Shown here piece after piece: positions 43,984 to 53,343 of a stretch of DNA of 64,000 nt (position 1 is the stretch's first letter; each line of letters opens with the position of its first letter). Under the pieces are notes generated by a model that saw only the letters and a list, made by a program, of their open reading frames with translations, had not been told where the DNA came from and ran no database searches. This DNA is from Microcoleus sp. (GTDB lineage Bacteria > Cyanobacteriota > Cyanobacteriia > Cyanobacteriales > Microcoleaceae): positions 608,001 through 672,000 of the forward strand of contig JAYFMW010000017.1 of the NCBI GenBank assembly GCA_042408215.1, written 5' to 3'. The translations under genes were made by a program, and so were the position numbers.

Positions 43984-44129
43984 CAGGGCTGTTTCATTCT
44001 CAGGAAAACCAGGGTTTTGTAGGGGTCGTGCCCCCGTGCCGACCCTCCCCCACCGACAATCTATCGGTTATTTCAGAGATTGGGGCGGGCACGGGGGCAC
44101 CGCCCCTACGAGAGAATGAAACAGCCCTG
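43984..44129. mobile_element. 146-bp MITE with 18-bp TIRs and 10-bp target duplication, nested in a dispersed repeat
   Basis: TIR CAGGGCTGTTTCATTCTC / GAGAATGAAACAGCCCTG; direct repeat CCTTCTTAAG at 43974-43983 and 44130-44139; internal GTAG-type palindromes. Confidence 0.9.
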
Positions 44130-44296
44130 CCTTCTTAAGGGGGGCTAGGGGGGATCGAACTTTAATAGTTAAACATTAATCTCTGACTGGGTTAGAAGTT
44201 AAGTTGACACTAATGCCATCTTGCGTGTTCTGAAAAATCTTGCAACAACTTTCAACGTTTGAATACCCAAATCCCATTAATCAGGAGAAAAAATAG

Positions 44297-45586
44297 ATGA
44301 GTAGCAGCAGCCACAAAGAAGCTCAAGCTCGGTTAGCAAGAGAAAGACAAGAAGCAATTGAACGGGAACGTGAGCGCAAAGCCGCAGAAGAAGCACGAAT
44401 TCGAGCGGCCGCGGCCGAACGAGAACGCCTTCAACGTTTAGAAAAGCTGAGAAATCAGTCGATCGCCCAAACTCAAGCCACCATCGCCAAAATACAACAA
44501 AAATCACCAGAAATCTACCCCCAAGATAGCTCAGAACTCACCAAACGCGCTCAAAGTCTCATCAATCACCTCGGTGGAGTTACAACCGAATATCAACTCC
44601 AAGAAACCATCCAAGAATTGCCCAAAATCGAACAAGAACTCGATCGCGCAATTACCCGAAAACGCCGCGACGACGAAGAGAAAAAACGCAAAGCCGAACT
44701 AGAAAAACAGCAGTTTGAGCTCGAAGAACTAGAACGGGAAATAGCCCAAATCCCCCAAGCAGACGCGATTAAATTCGATAGCGCCGGCCGCACAGCAGCC
44801 CAAACAGCCCTCAGTGCTCTCAGAAGTGCGATCGCCTCCGGGAACCCCCAAACCGCGCGATCGCCCTTAAACACTGCCACAGCAGCAGTAGAACAGCATA
44901 TCGCATCCGTAGCTAAAAACCGAGCCCAATGGGAACAACAAAAAGCCGCAGCCGAACAAGCCCTTGGCGAACTGGAAGACCTGATTATTGGTTTAAAAGC
45001 CGACCCGGTAGCCAAGCGGTGGCAAATACATTTAATAGATGAATTAGCCGCCAAATTGCCAACAGGAATTGCCACCATAGAAGCAGAACAATTTGACAAA
45101 CCCGCCCTGATTCTAGCAGCAGCAAAAACCCAAGAACAAGAAATCATCGCAACAGCAAATGCAGCCCAAATCCAAGCCGACCAGCGAGATTACATAGCCA
45201 AAAGTATCGCTGAAACCTTAGCAGAAATGGGCTTTTTTGTCAACGAACCTCAACTAGAAGATTCACGCTATCCCAACGCAGCGCTAATACTGAAAGCTGC
45301 TACTAATTCAGGTAAAGGAATTAGTATCAGCGTACCAGTAGAAGGCGAAGTTTGGTACAACGTCGATGGCTATTCCAAAACCACCGAAGCAGCCGTGGGA
45401 GGAGGAACAGCAGCCGTTTGTGACGAAGCCGAAGAAGTGCTCACAGAAATGCACGATCGCCTCGGAGCAGAATTCGGCATCAACATGACCGAACTCACCT
45501 GGGAAGGAAAAGACCCCGATCGGATAATACGAAAAGCCGACGACTTACCCAACAACGACCAACAACAAAACCGCACCGGAAACTAA
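44297..45586 (+). CDS. Long coiled-coil protein with small globular C-terminal domain
   Basis: 429 aa, E/R/Q/A-rich helical body; AGGAG RBS upstream. Confidence 0.85.
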   Translation: MSSSSHKEAQARLARERQEAIERERERKAAEEARIRAAAAERERLQRLEKLRNQSIAQTQATIAKIQQKSPEIYPQDSSELTKRAQSLINHLGGVTTEYQLQETIQELPKIEQELDRAITRKRRDDEEKKRKAELEKQQFELEELEREIAQIPQADAIKFDSAGRTAAQTALSALRSAIASGNPQTARSPLNTATAAVEQHIASVAKNRAQWEQQKAAAEQALGELEDLIIGLKADPVAKRWQIHLIDELAAKLPTGIATIEAEQFDKPALILAAAKTQEQEIIATANAAQIQADQRDYIAKSIAETLAEMGFFVNEPQLEDSRYPNAALILKAATNSGKGISISVPVEGEVWYNVDGYSKTTEAAVGGGTAAVCDEAEEVLTEMHDRLGAEFGINMTELTWEGKDPDRIIRKADDLPNNDQQQNRTGN

Positions 45587-45730
45587 CCAAAACCAACCCA
45601 AAAATAGCCCCCAAATTCATCCGGGGGCTAACACCAAACCCCTTGACATCGGAATCATTCATCTCCCTCCTCTCTTCCTCTGCGCCCTCTGCGCCCTCTG
45701 CGGTTAAATCAATCCAAAATCCCAAATAAA

Positions 45731-47725
45731 ATGAACAGCCAAAACATCACATCATCACGCTGGATACAAGAATTTGAAAAACAACTATACCGCCGCCAAC
45801 ACATAGTTTTATACGGAAACATAGACGACCAATTCCTCTGGCGCGGCAGCTATCAAGGAATTCACGAATTCCTCACCAACTACTTCCAAGACCTCAACTT
45901 CCAGCTAATAGTCCGCTACGACTCCATAGACGGATTCACCTTTGCTCGACCGGAAATGAGCGATCGCTTTGAACAAATAACCCGCACAGCCGCCACCCGC
46001 ATCAACCCCCAATTACAAACCCAGCCCGCCCCCGCAGCCCCAGCAGCACCCGCAAACCCAATGGCTCCACCCCCCCGTGGCAATCCCGGAGCAGTGGGCC
46101 CCAGAATGAACACCAGGGTCTCCCTAGAAGACGCCTTCGGGAACCTGCGAGCCCTCGTCTCCCAAACCGCTAGCCCAGCCGCCGCCGTCGTCGATTTAGC
46201 CGACATGATCACCTCAGACGCCTCCCGGTACAGCGGCGAAGAGCGAAACGCCCTAGTATTGCTGAAAAAAAGCACCCTAGAAGCATCCCTGATCCGAGAA
46301 GGCGATTTAGCCGGTTGTCGCAACACTTTAGTCATCCTGGCTAGAGACTTACAGCGAGTCCCAGAATGGCTATACCACAACAATCCTACGGTGTCAATGA
46401 TTCAGGTATCACGGCCCAACAAAGATGAACGACGGCTGTTTGCTCAGCGGTTCCTCACAGGTTTCTATGGGGGCGATCGCATAAACAACAAACCCAGCGC
46501 CCCAGGAACACTCTCAGAGCTCGACAACCTCGCGGAAGAATTTGCTGAACTCACCGAAAACTTCCGCGCCCTAGAACTAGATGCACTGCGGGCCACATCC
46601 TGGCGCGATCGCATTTCAGTCAAACCCAAAGAAATGTGGCGGCTCATCGACTTCTACAAATTTGGGGTGCGAGATGACCCCTGGGAGCGCATGGGAGCCG
46701 AAAAGGTTTTGCAAGCCAAAACAGAGCTTCCACGCACCGTCATCGGGCAACCAAGGGCAGTACAAGCCGTAACTACCATGCTAACTACCGCCAGAATCGG
46801 ACTGACGATCGGCGGGAGCAGCGGGCGGAGTGGTAAACCAAAAGGCATTTTCTTTTTTGTTGGGCCCACCGGAGTCGGGAAAACCGAATTAGCCAAAGCC
46901 ATGACCAAATTAGTATTTGGGGACGAAAAAGCCTTCGCCCGGTTTGATATGTCAGAATACAAAGAAGAACACGCGGCGGAAAAATTAGCCGGAGCTCCTC
47001 CCGGTTTTGTCGGTTACGAAGAAGGGGGACAATTAACCAATCGAGTTATGGAAAACCCCCACAGTATATTGCTGTTTGACGAAATAGAAAAAGCTCACCC
47101 CAAAGTATTGGATAAATTCCTGCAAATCCTGGAAGATGGGCGACTCACCGACGGAAAAGGACAGACAGCATATTTCAACCAAACAGCAATTATTTTCACC
47201 AGCAACATCGGCGCATCAGATTTCACCGATCCTCAAACCGGTGCGAAGATCCGGGAAGGTATCATGGAGAAAGTAAAAGCCGGAAACGCCAATGACTTCT
47301 CCTGGGACCAAGTAGAAAACCACTTCCGCGCCGAAGTAGATTGGCATTTCACCACTCGCATCGGTCGCGCCGAACTGCTGAACCGCTTAGGAGATAATAT
47401 AGTAGTATTTGACCTGCTGCGGCCAGAGTTCATCGAATTAATCGGAGACAAATTTTTAAAACAACTCTCCGAATGCGCCATAGAAAAGTATCGACTCACC
47501 CTAAAATTCTTGCCATCAACGCTCAATGTTTTGAGGCAAAAAATGGAACGGGGAGACAATTTACTCTTTGGCGGGAGGCGAATCAAATCACTTTTAGAAA
47601 CCCTAGTCGAACGGCCATTGAATACGTGGATATTCGAGAACATTCCAGACACAAACCAATTGGCTGGACAAACCCTAGAAATCGGCATCAACAACGATGA
47701 AACCATCGAGGTAAGAGAAATATAA
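45731..47725 (+). CDS. ClpA/B-like AAA+ ATPase (intact NBD2-type domain, degenerate N-terminal AAA-like region)
   Basis: VIGQPRAV, GPTGVGKT, RFDMSEY, GAPPGFVGYEEGGQLT, LLFDEIEKAHP, DGRLTD, TSN, ELLNRL, GGRRI. Confidence 0.92.
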   Translation: MNSQNITSSRWIQEFEKQLYRRQHIVLYGNIDDQFLWRGSYQGIHEFLTNYFQDLNFQLIVRYDSIDGFTFARPEMSDRFEQITRTAATRINPQLQTQPAPAAPAAPANPMAPPPRGNPGAVGPRMNTRVSLEDAFGNLRALVSQTASPAAAVVDLADMITSDASRYSGEERNALVLLKKSTLEASLIREGDLAGCRNTLVILARDLQRVPEWLYHNNPTVSMIQVSRPNKDERRLFAQRFLTGFYGGDRINNKPSAPGTLSELDNLAEEFAELTENFRALELDALRATSWRDRISVKPKEMWRLIDFYKFGVRDDPWERMGAEKVLQAKTELPRTVIGQPRAVQAVTTMLTTARIGLTIGGSSGRSGKPKGIFFFVGPTGVGKTELAKAMTKLVFGDEKAFARFDMSEYKEEHAAEKLAGAPPGFVGYEEGGQLTNRVMENPHSILLFDEIEKAHPKVLDKFLQILEDGRLTDGKGQTAYFNQTAIIFTSNIGASDFTDPQTGAKIREGIMEKVKAGNANDFSWDQVENHFRAEVDWHFTTRIGRAELLNRLGDNIVVFDLLRPEFIELIGDKFLKQLSECAIEKYRLTLKFLPSTLNVLRQKMERGDNLLFGGRRIKSLLETLVERPLNTWIFENIPDTNQLAGQTLEIGINNDETIEVREI

Positions 47726-47751
47726 AATCCCTAGACTCCGCCCCGCCCAGA

Positions 47752-48217
47752 AACCCAAAAAACTCTTACTCCCCCCCTTAGCAAGGGGGGGCTGGGGGGG
47801 GGTTAAAATACTCAGCAACCAACAAAAAACCCCAAAAAACTTCTAACTCCCCCCCCTTAGCAAGGGGGGGCTGGGGGGGTTAAAATACTCAGCAACCAAC
47901 AAAAAACCCCAAAAAACTTCTAACTCCCCCCCCTTAGCAAGGGGGGGCTGGGGGGGTTAAAATACTCAGCAACCAACAAAAAACCCCAAAAAACTCTAAC
48001 TCCCCCCCTTAACAAGGGGGGGCTGGGGGGGGTTAAAATACTCAGCAACCAACAAAAAACCCCAAAAAACTTCTAACTCCCCCCCTTAGCAAGGGGGGGC
48101 TGGGGGGGGTTAAAATACTCAGCAACCAACAAAAAACCCCAAAAAACTTCTAACTCCCCCCCTTAGCAAGGGGGGGCTGGGGGGGGTTAAAATACTCAGC
48201 AACCAACAAAAAACCCC
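47752..48217. repeat. Six tandem ~77-bp units containing CCCCCCTTAGCAAGGGGGGGCTGGGGGG
   Basis: Direct observation; inverted relative to the array at 48600-49133. Confidence 0.95.
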
Positions 48218-48226
48218 TATACAACA

Positions 48227-48628
48227 ATGACAAAACTTTACAACAAAAGCTCAGAAAAATTTAAGCGGCAGAAGCTTCGCAGAGAAATGACAGAAGCTGA
48301 AAAGGAACTATGGAAACGAATCAGAAACAGACAGCTTGAGAATTGTAAATTTCGCAGACAATACAGTGTAGCAGCATTTGCGATCGACTTTTATTCACCA
48401 GAAATCAAGTTAGCACTAGAAGTTGATGGTGACAGCCATTTTGTAGAGGGCGCTGTAGAATATGATGCAGAAAGGCAAGAGTTTATTGAGTCGGCAAAGA
48501 TTAAATTTTTGAGGTTTACTAATGATGATGTTTATCATAATTTGGATGGGGTTTTAGAGGTGATTGTGGAGGGGATTAAATCGTTGAGAACATCGGGTGT
48601 TTTACCCCCCCCAGCCCCCCCTTGCTAA
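48227..48628 (+). CDS. DUF559/Vsr-like endonuclease domain protein
   Basis: LRREMT.AE..LW..IR, KFRRQY, IDFY, LEVDGDSH, D.ER, LRFTN. Confidence 0.9.
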   Translation: MTKLYNKSSEKFKRQKLRREMTEAEKELWKRIRNRQLENCKFRRQYSVAAFAIDFYSPEIKLALEVDGDSHFVEGAVEYDAERQEFIESAKIKFLRFTNDDVYHNLDGVLEVIVEGIKSLRTSGVLPPPAPPC

Positions 48629-49133
48629 GGGGGGGAGCAAGAGTTAGTTTCCCTTGCTAAGGGGGGAGCAAGAGTTAGAAATGTAGATGAGATTTAATCG
48701 TTTATTGCATCAATTCTTTTACCCCCCCCCAGCCCCCCCTTGCTAAGGGGGGGAGCAAGAGTTAGTTTCCCTTGCTAAGGGGGGAGCAAGAGTTAGAAAT
48801 GTAGATGAGATTTAATCGTTTATTGCATCAACTCTTTTACCCCCCCAGCCCCCCTTGCTAAGGGGGGAGCAAGAGTTAGAAATGTAGATGAGATTTAATC
48901 GTTTATTGCATCAACTCTTTTACCCCCCCAGCCCCCCCTTGCTAAGGGGGGGAGCAAGAGTTAGAAATGTAGATGAGATTTAATCGTTTATTGCATCAAC
49001 TCTTTTACCCCCCCCAGCCCCCCCTTGCTAAGGGGGGGAGCAAGAGTTAGAAATGTAGATGAGATTTAATCGTTTATTGCATCAACTCTTTTACCCCCCC
49101 AGCCCCCCCTTGCTAAGGGGGGGAGCAAGAGTT
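48600..49133. repeat. Six tandem units containing CCCCCCAGCCCCCCCTTGCTAAGGGGGGGAG (plus two half copies)
   Basis: Direct observation; the first unit supplies the stop codon of the DUF559 gene. Confidence 0.95.
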
Positions 49134-49208
49134 CAACCGACAATCTCACCAAAACCCGGTTTCTGAGCCCAAGTAACAACCACCAACCAACAAAACCAAC
49201 TAAAAATC

Positions 49209-51029
49209 ATGTACCCAGAAAGATTTTGGAGAAAACTACAAGGCGAAACAGTCAACAACGAATACTACCTCCAAGAATACCTAGGATGTGGAGCCTATGG
49301 AGCCGTATACAAAGCAGATCAAGTAATCATAGACCAATTCATCAGAGAAATAGCAATCAAACTAATCGCCTTAGAAGAAGATGAAACCAAAGCCAAAAAA
49401 CAACTAAACGAACTAATAGCAGCAGCCAACTTGCTACACGAAAACATCATCCGTAGCTACACAGTGGGCTTGTGCGAAATCAAAGGAGACGAATATTTAT
49501 TCATCGTCATGGAAATCGCCGCAATCACCCTAGAAAAAAAACTAAAAACCGGAAAACTCTCCATAACAGAAGCCAGAGAAATAGTCAAAGCCACAGCAGC
49601 AGTATTACACTACCTACACAATTTAAATCCGCGAAAAGTCCACAGAGACATCAAACCAGCCAACCTGCTATATGCAGATAACAAATGGAAAGTATCAGAC
49701 TTAGGACTGCTGCGAGAAATCGGCACCAACTCACTGAGAACCCAAGATAGGAGAGGAACACCATTTTATGCTCCCCCAGAATCCTACAAGGGAGTAGTAG
49801 GAACAGCATCGGATATCTGGTCACTGGGAATCATGACAGCAGAAATCCTGACAGGAAGTCTACCATTCACAGGAAAGACAGACGAAGAAGTAATGAAAAA
49901 AACCCTAGACGAACAGCCGGAAATAGACTGGTCAAAAATACCAGAACCATTCACGGCCATAGTCAGAGGATGCTTGGAAAAAGAGCGAGAAAATAGATGG
50001 ACAGTAGAACAAGTATTGACAGCATTAGAACTAAAACAGGACTTACACACTCCGACCAAAGAAACCGGGTTTTTTACTGAATCTGTTGATAACAACGAAG
50101 AATCTGATAAAAACCCGGTTTCTGAGCCCATCCTAGCCCCGGCCTTTATTAGTCGAATTGATCAATTGCTACGATCAATATCCACACCAGCCCCAAAACC
50201 AACAAAACAAACACAAACCTTTCAATTCCAAGTAATCACAGTCAACGCCAGCGGACAAATCATCAAAACAGAACAGCGACAAGCCGAATACTTTAGTGAA
50301 AACCTAGGGCGCGGAGTCAGCTTAGAAATGGTACAGATTCCCGGCGGCACATTTATGATGGGTTCCCCCGACAATGAAGAAGGTAGAAGTAATGACGAAA
50401 GTCCGCAGCATCGAGTCACAGTACCGACTTTTTTTGCAGGGAAATACGCCATCACCCAAGCACAGTGGGAAGCTGTCATGGGAAACAACCCATCGGATTT
50501 CAAAGGTGAAAAACGTCCTGTGGAAAATGTATCGTGGGATGATGCTGTCGAATTCTGTAAGAAACTCTCGCAAACAACCAGGAAAACATATCGCTTGCTG
50601 AGTGAAGCGGAATGGGAATACGCTTGTCGCGCCGGAACTACAACACCTTTCTATTTTGGGGAAACCATTACCCCAGAATTAGTTAACTACGACGGAAACC
50701 ACCCCTACGCCAAGGCCTCCAAAGGACTTTACCGCAAAGAAACAACAGATGTGGGGAGTTTTCCACCTAATGCGTTTGGATTGTACGATATGCACGGCAA
50801 TGTTTGGGAATGGTGCAGCGATAAATGGCACGATAATTATAGTGGCGCACCAACTGATGGAAGTTCTTGGGAAACTGGTGGATCTGAATACCGGGTGCAG
50901 CGTGGTGGTTCCTGGAGCACCTATGCGGTCGATTGCCGCAGTGCCTATTGTCTCTACTGCTCGGTGGACTACAGGTTGAGGAACAGGGGTTTTCGCGTAG
51001 CGGTTGCGTCGGTTTCTTCCTTGTCCTAG
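49209..51029 (+). CDS. Ser/Thr protein kinase fused to an FGE-sulfatase (CLec-fold) domain, candidate DGR target
   Basis: [38 protein letters not shown] motifs [22 protein letters not shown]...GFRV. Confidence 0.95.
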   Translation: MYPERFWRKLQGETVNNEYYLQEYLGCGAYGAVYKADQVIIDQFIREIAIKLIALEEDETKAKKQLNELIAAANLLHENIIRSYTVGLCEIKGDEYLFIVMEIAAITLEKKLKTGKLSITEAREIVKATAAVLHYLHNLNPRKVHRDIKPANLLYADNKWKVSDLGLLREIGTNSLRTQDRRGTPFYAPPESYKGVVGTASDIWSLGIMTAEILTGSLPFTGKTDEEVMKKTLDEQPEIDWSKIPEPFTAIVRGCLEKERENRWTVEQVLTALELKQDLHTPTKETGFFTESVDNNEESDKNPVSEPILAPAFISRIDQLLRSISTPAPKPTKQTQTFQFQVITVNASGQIIKTEQRQAEYFSENLGRGVSLEMVQIPGGTFMMGSPDNEEGRSNDESPQHRVTVPTFFAGKYAITQAQWEAVMGNNPSDFKGEKRPVENVSWDDAVEFCKKLSQTTRKTYRLLSEAEWEYACRAGTTTPFYFGETITPELVNYDGNHPYAKASKGLYRKETTDVGSFPPNAFGLYDMHGNVWEWCSDKWHDNYSGAPTDGSSWETGGSEYRVQRGGSWSTYAVDCRSAYCLYCSVDYRLRNRGFRVAVASVSSLS

Positions 51030-51143
51030 TTTTCCCCGCGAGGACTCTTCGTTTTCTCTGCTCTTTTGCTCTCTTGCGCTTTGCGCTCTTAATTCTTTTC
51101 CCTTTCTGCCGCTTGCGGCTCGATTTTTTTTTCGACTGTGCCC

Positions 51144-51630
51144 AAGAAACCGGGTTTTTTCCGAAATCTATCGGTGACAACCAAAAATCTGATAAAAACC
51201 CGGTTTCTGAATCCTCGACTGTGCCCAAGAAACCGGGTTTTTTCCGAAATCTATCGGTGACAACGAGGTATTTGGCAAAAACCCGGTTTCTGAGCCCCAT
51301 GCGTAAATCCAAGAAACCGGGTTTTTGCCTAAATCTATCGGTGACAACGAAGTATTTCGGAAAAACCCGGTTTCTGAGCCCCATGTGTAAATCCAAGAAA
51401 CCGGGTTTTTGCCTAAATCTATCGGTGACAACGAAGTATTTCGGAAAAACCCGGTTTCTGAGCCCATGTGTAAATCCAAGAAACCGGGTTTTTGCCTAAA
51501 TCTATCGGTGACAACGAAGTATTTCGGAAAAACCCGGTTTCTGAGCCCATGTGTAAATCCAAGAAACCGGGTTTTTGCCTAAATCTATCGGTGACAACGA
51601 AGTATTTCGGAAAAACCCGGTTTCTGAGCC
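51144..51630. repeat. Six tandem ~83-bp GAAACCGGGTTTTT-loop-AAAAACCCGGTTTC units
   Basis: Same arms as the 7341-8550 array. Confidence 0.95.
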
Positions 51631-51709
51631 CCTCGATTCCGCCCAGTGACAACTAAGTCATGTAAAATAACAAACAAGCCAGACAGAATTTCCACTAAAA
51701 AATAACATC

Positions 51710-52942
51710 ATGTTCAACCTAGAACTTGACTGGGATCTACCAGCTAAAATCAAAGCCAAAAACACAAAACACATCTTGCGAGTGCGAATTCGTCCCCAAT
51801 CCGGTGGCCCCGGTTTACCTCTGCGAATCGCCATCGCCCTGGATACCAGCCAATCAATGGGAGGAGAAAATCTTCAGCGCGCTAAGGAAGCTTGTCGGGC
51901 TGTTGTGGCTCAATTGCGCGATCGCGATCGGCTTTCCTTAGCCGGCTTCTCCACCAGTGTAACACCATTGCTGCAATCTTTACCCGGTGGTGCCGCCGCC
52001 CTTCAACCCGCCAATACCGCCATTTCCCGACTGACAGCGGAAGGTGTTACCCGCACCGATTTAGCCTTAGATTGGATAGTCAACGCCCTACCCCCAGAAG
52101 CCGGAGTCGCGCGGGTGGGAATCTTGATTACTGACGGTCATGCTACCACATCCCAAGGAAGGATTTTAGATGATACGGGGGTTTTGATCGATAAATCCCA
52201 ACAACTAGCCAACCTAGGTATAATTCTCAACACCGTCGGATTGGGAAATGCTAATAATTTTAATACAGCATTATTGACAGATTTAAGCGACAAAGGGCGA
52301 GGCTCATTTATATTTGCAGATACCCCAGCCAGCCTGGAACCCCAACTCCAAAAAAGACTCACAGAATGTCAGGCGATCGCCACCGAAAACACCGTCATCC
52401 AGCTAATACCTAGCAACGGCGTTATCATCAAAGGCTTTTGTCGTTACCGCCCCGAATATTTGCCCCTAGAAGAAACAGCGAAGAATCAATTAACCATCGG
52501 TGCGATCGCCGCCAATACCCCCACGGATTTATTAATCGAACTCGAAATTCCCCTAGGAGGATTTGACGAACCTACAGGTAACAAAGACGTAATTTCTGTA
52601 GAGCTCACAGCCAAGGGAATGACCAATCCCGTGAGAGCAAAAGCTGCCATTAATTATACAACAAGTCCTACTGAAGCGCAAAAAGACAACAAGGAAATCA
52701 AGAACGACTATTGCTGCTGGATGATTAACCTCACAAACAACGAATTGAGCCGCACCGACGACGCCAATCGGCAAAAAGAACTACTGGAAGAATCCCGATA
52801 TAATGCTGAAAAAGCCGGAAAGATTGATATAGTTAATCAAATCGACCAGCAGCTAGATGACCTGGAAAAAAGCGGCAAATTAGACCCCAACAGAACCACC
52901 AAATTGCTGAGAGATTCACGAGACTTAGGAGGTAAAGAATGA
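51710..52942 (+). CDS. von Willebrand factor A (vWA) domain protein
   Basis: MIDAS DTSQS...T...ITDG, TVGLG, LL..LS..G.G. Confidence 0.92.
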   Translation: MFNLELDWDLPAKIKAKNTKHILRVRIRPQSGGPGLPLRIAIALDTSQSMGGENLQRAKEACRAVVAQLRDRDRLSLAGFSTSVTPLLQSLPGGAAALQPANTAISRLTAEGVTRTDLALDWIVNALPPEAGVARVGILITDGHATTSQGRILDDTGVLIDKSQQLANLGIILNTVGLGNANNFNTALLTDLSDKGRGSFIFADTPASLEPQLQKRLTECQAIATENTVIQLIPSNGVIIKGFCRYRPEYLPLEETAKNQLTIGAIAANTPTDLLIELEIPLGGFDEPTGNKDVISVELTAKGMTNPVRAKAAINYTTSPTEAQKDNKEIKNDYCCWMINLTNNELSRTDDANRQKELLEESRYNAEKAGKIDIVNQIDQQLDDLEKSGKLDPNRTTKLLRDSRDLGGKE

Positions 52943-53343
52943 GTAGTGGCTTTGGGTCCGATCCAATTTATCAAGGACGACTGACACCAGACAATGCTAA
53001 ACTATTGGTACGCAATAGCAGCAGCGCCAACCAGAAATTTCCCCTGAATCAAATCCGAGCAATTATCGGTCGCAGCGATGATGCTCCCATGAGTATAGAA
53101 GACATCGATTTAACTGAATGCAAAATTGACAATAAATCTGCCATCTCTCGCCGCCATGCGGTGATTGAATGGGTAGAAGGTAAACTGCAAATTATTGATT
53201 TAGACAGTACAAACGGTACTTTTGTCAATGGGAAAAAACTCCTTACCACAGCACCGAGGCAACCGTCAAGTCCTGAAATTCTCAAAAGTGGTGATATCAT
53301 AAAACTGGGCAATATTGAACTAGAGGTAATAGCTGATGGATAA
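52939..53343 (+). CDS. FHA domain protein
   Basis: IIGR, ISRRHA, DLDSTNGTFVNG, L..GD.IKLG; ATGA overlap with the vWA gene. Confidence 0.95.
   Translation: MSSGFGSDPIYQGRLTPDNAKLLVRNSSSANQKFPLNQIRAIIGRSDDAPMSIEDIDLTECKIDNKSAISRRHAVIEWVEGKLQIIDLDSTNGTFVNGKKLLTTAPRQPSSPEILKSGDIIKLGNIELEVIADG

Noticed and set aside
45731..47725. Housekeeping clpB/clpC or T6SS clpV
   Set aside because: It lacks Clp N-domain repeats and an intact first nucleotide-binding domain; no T6SS genes are nearby.
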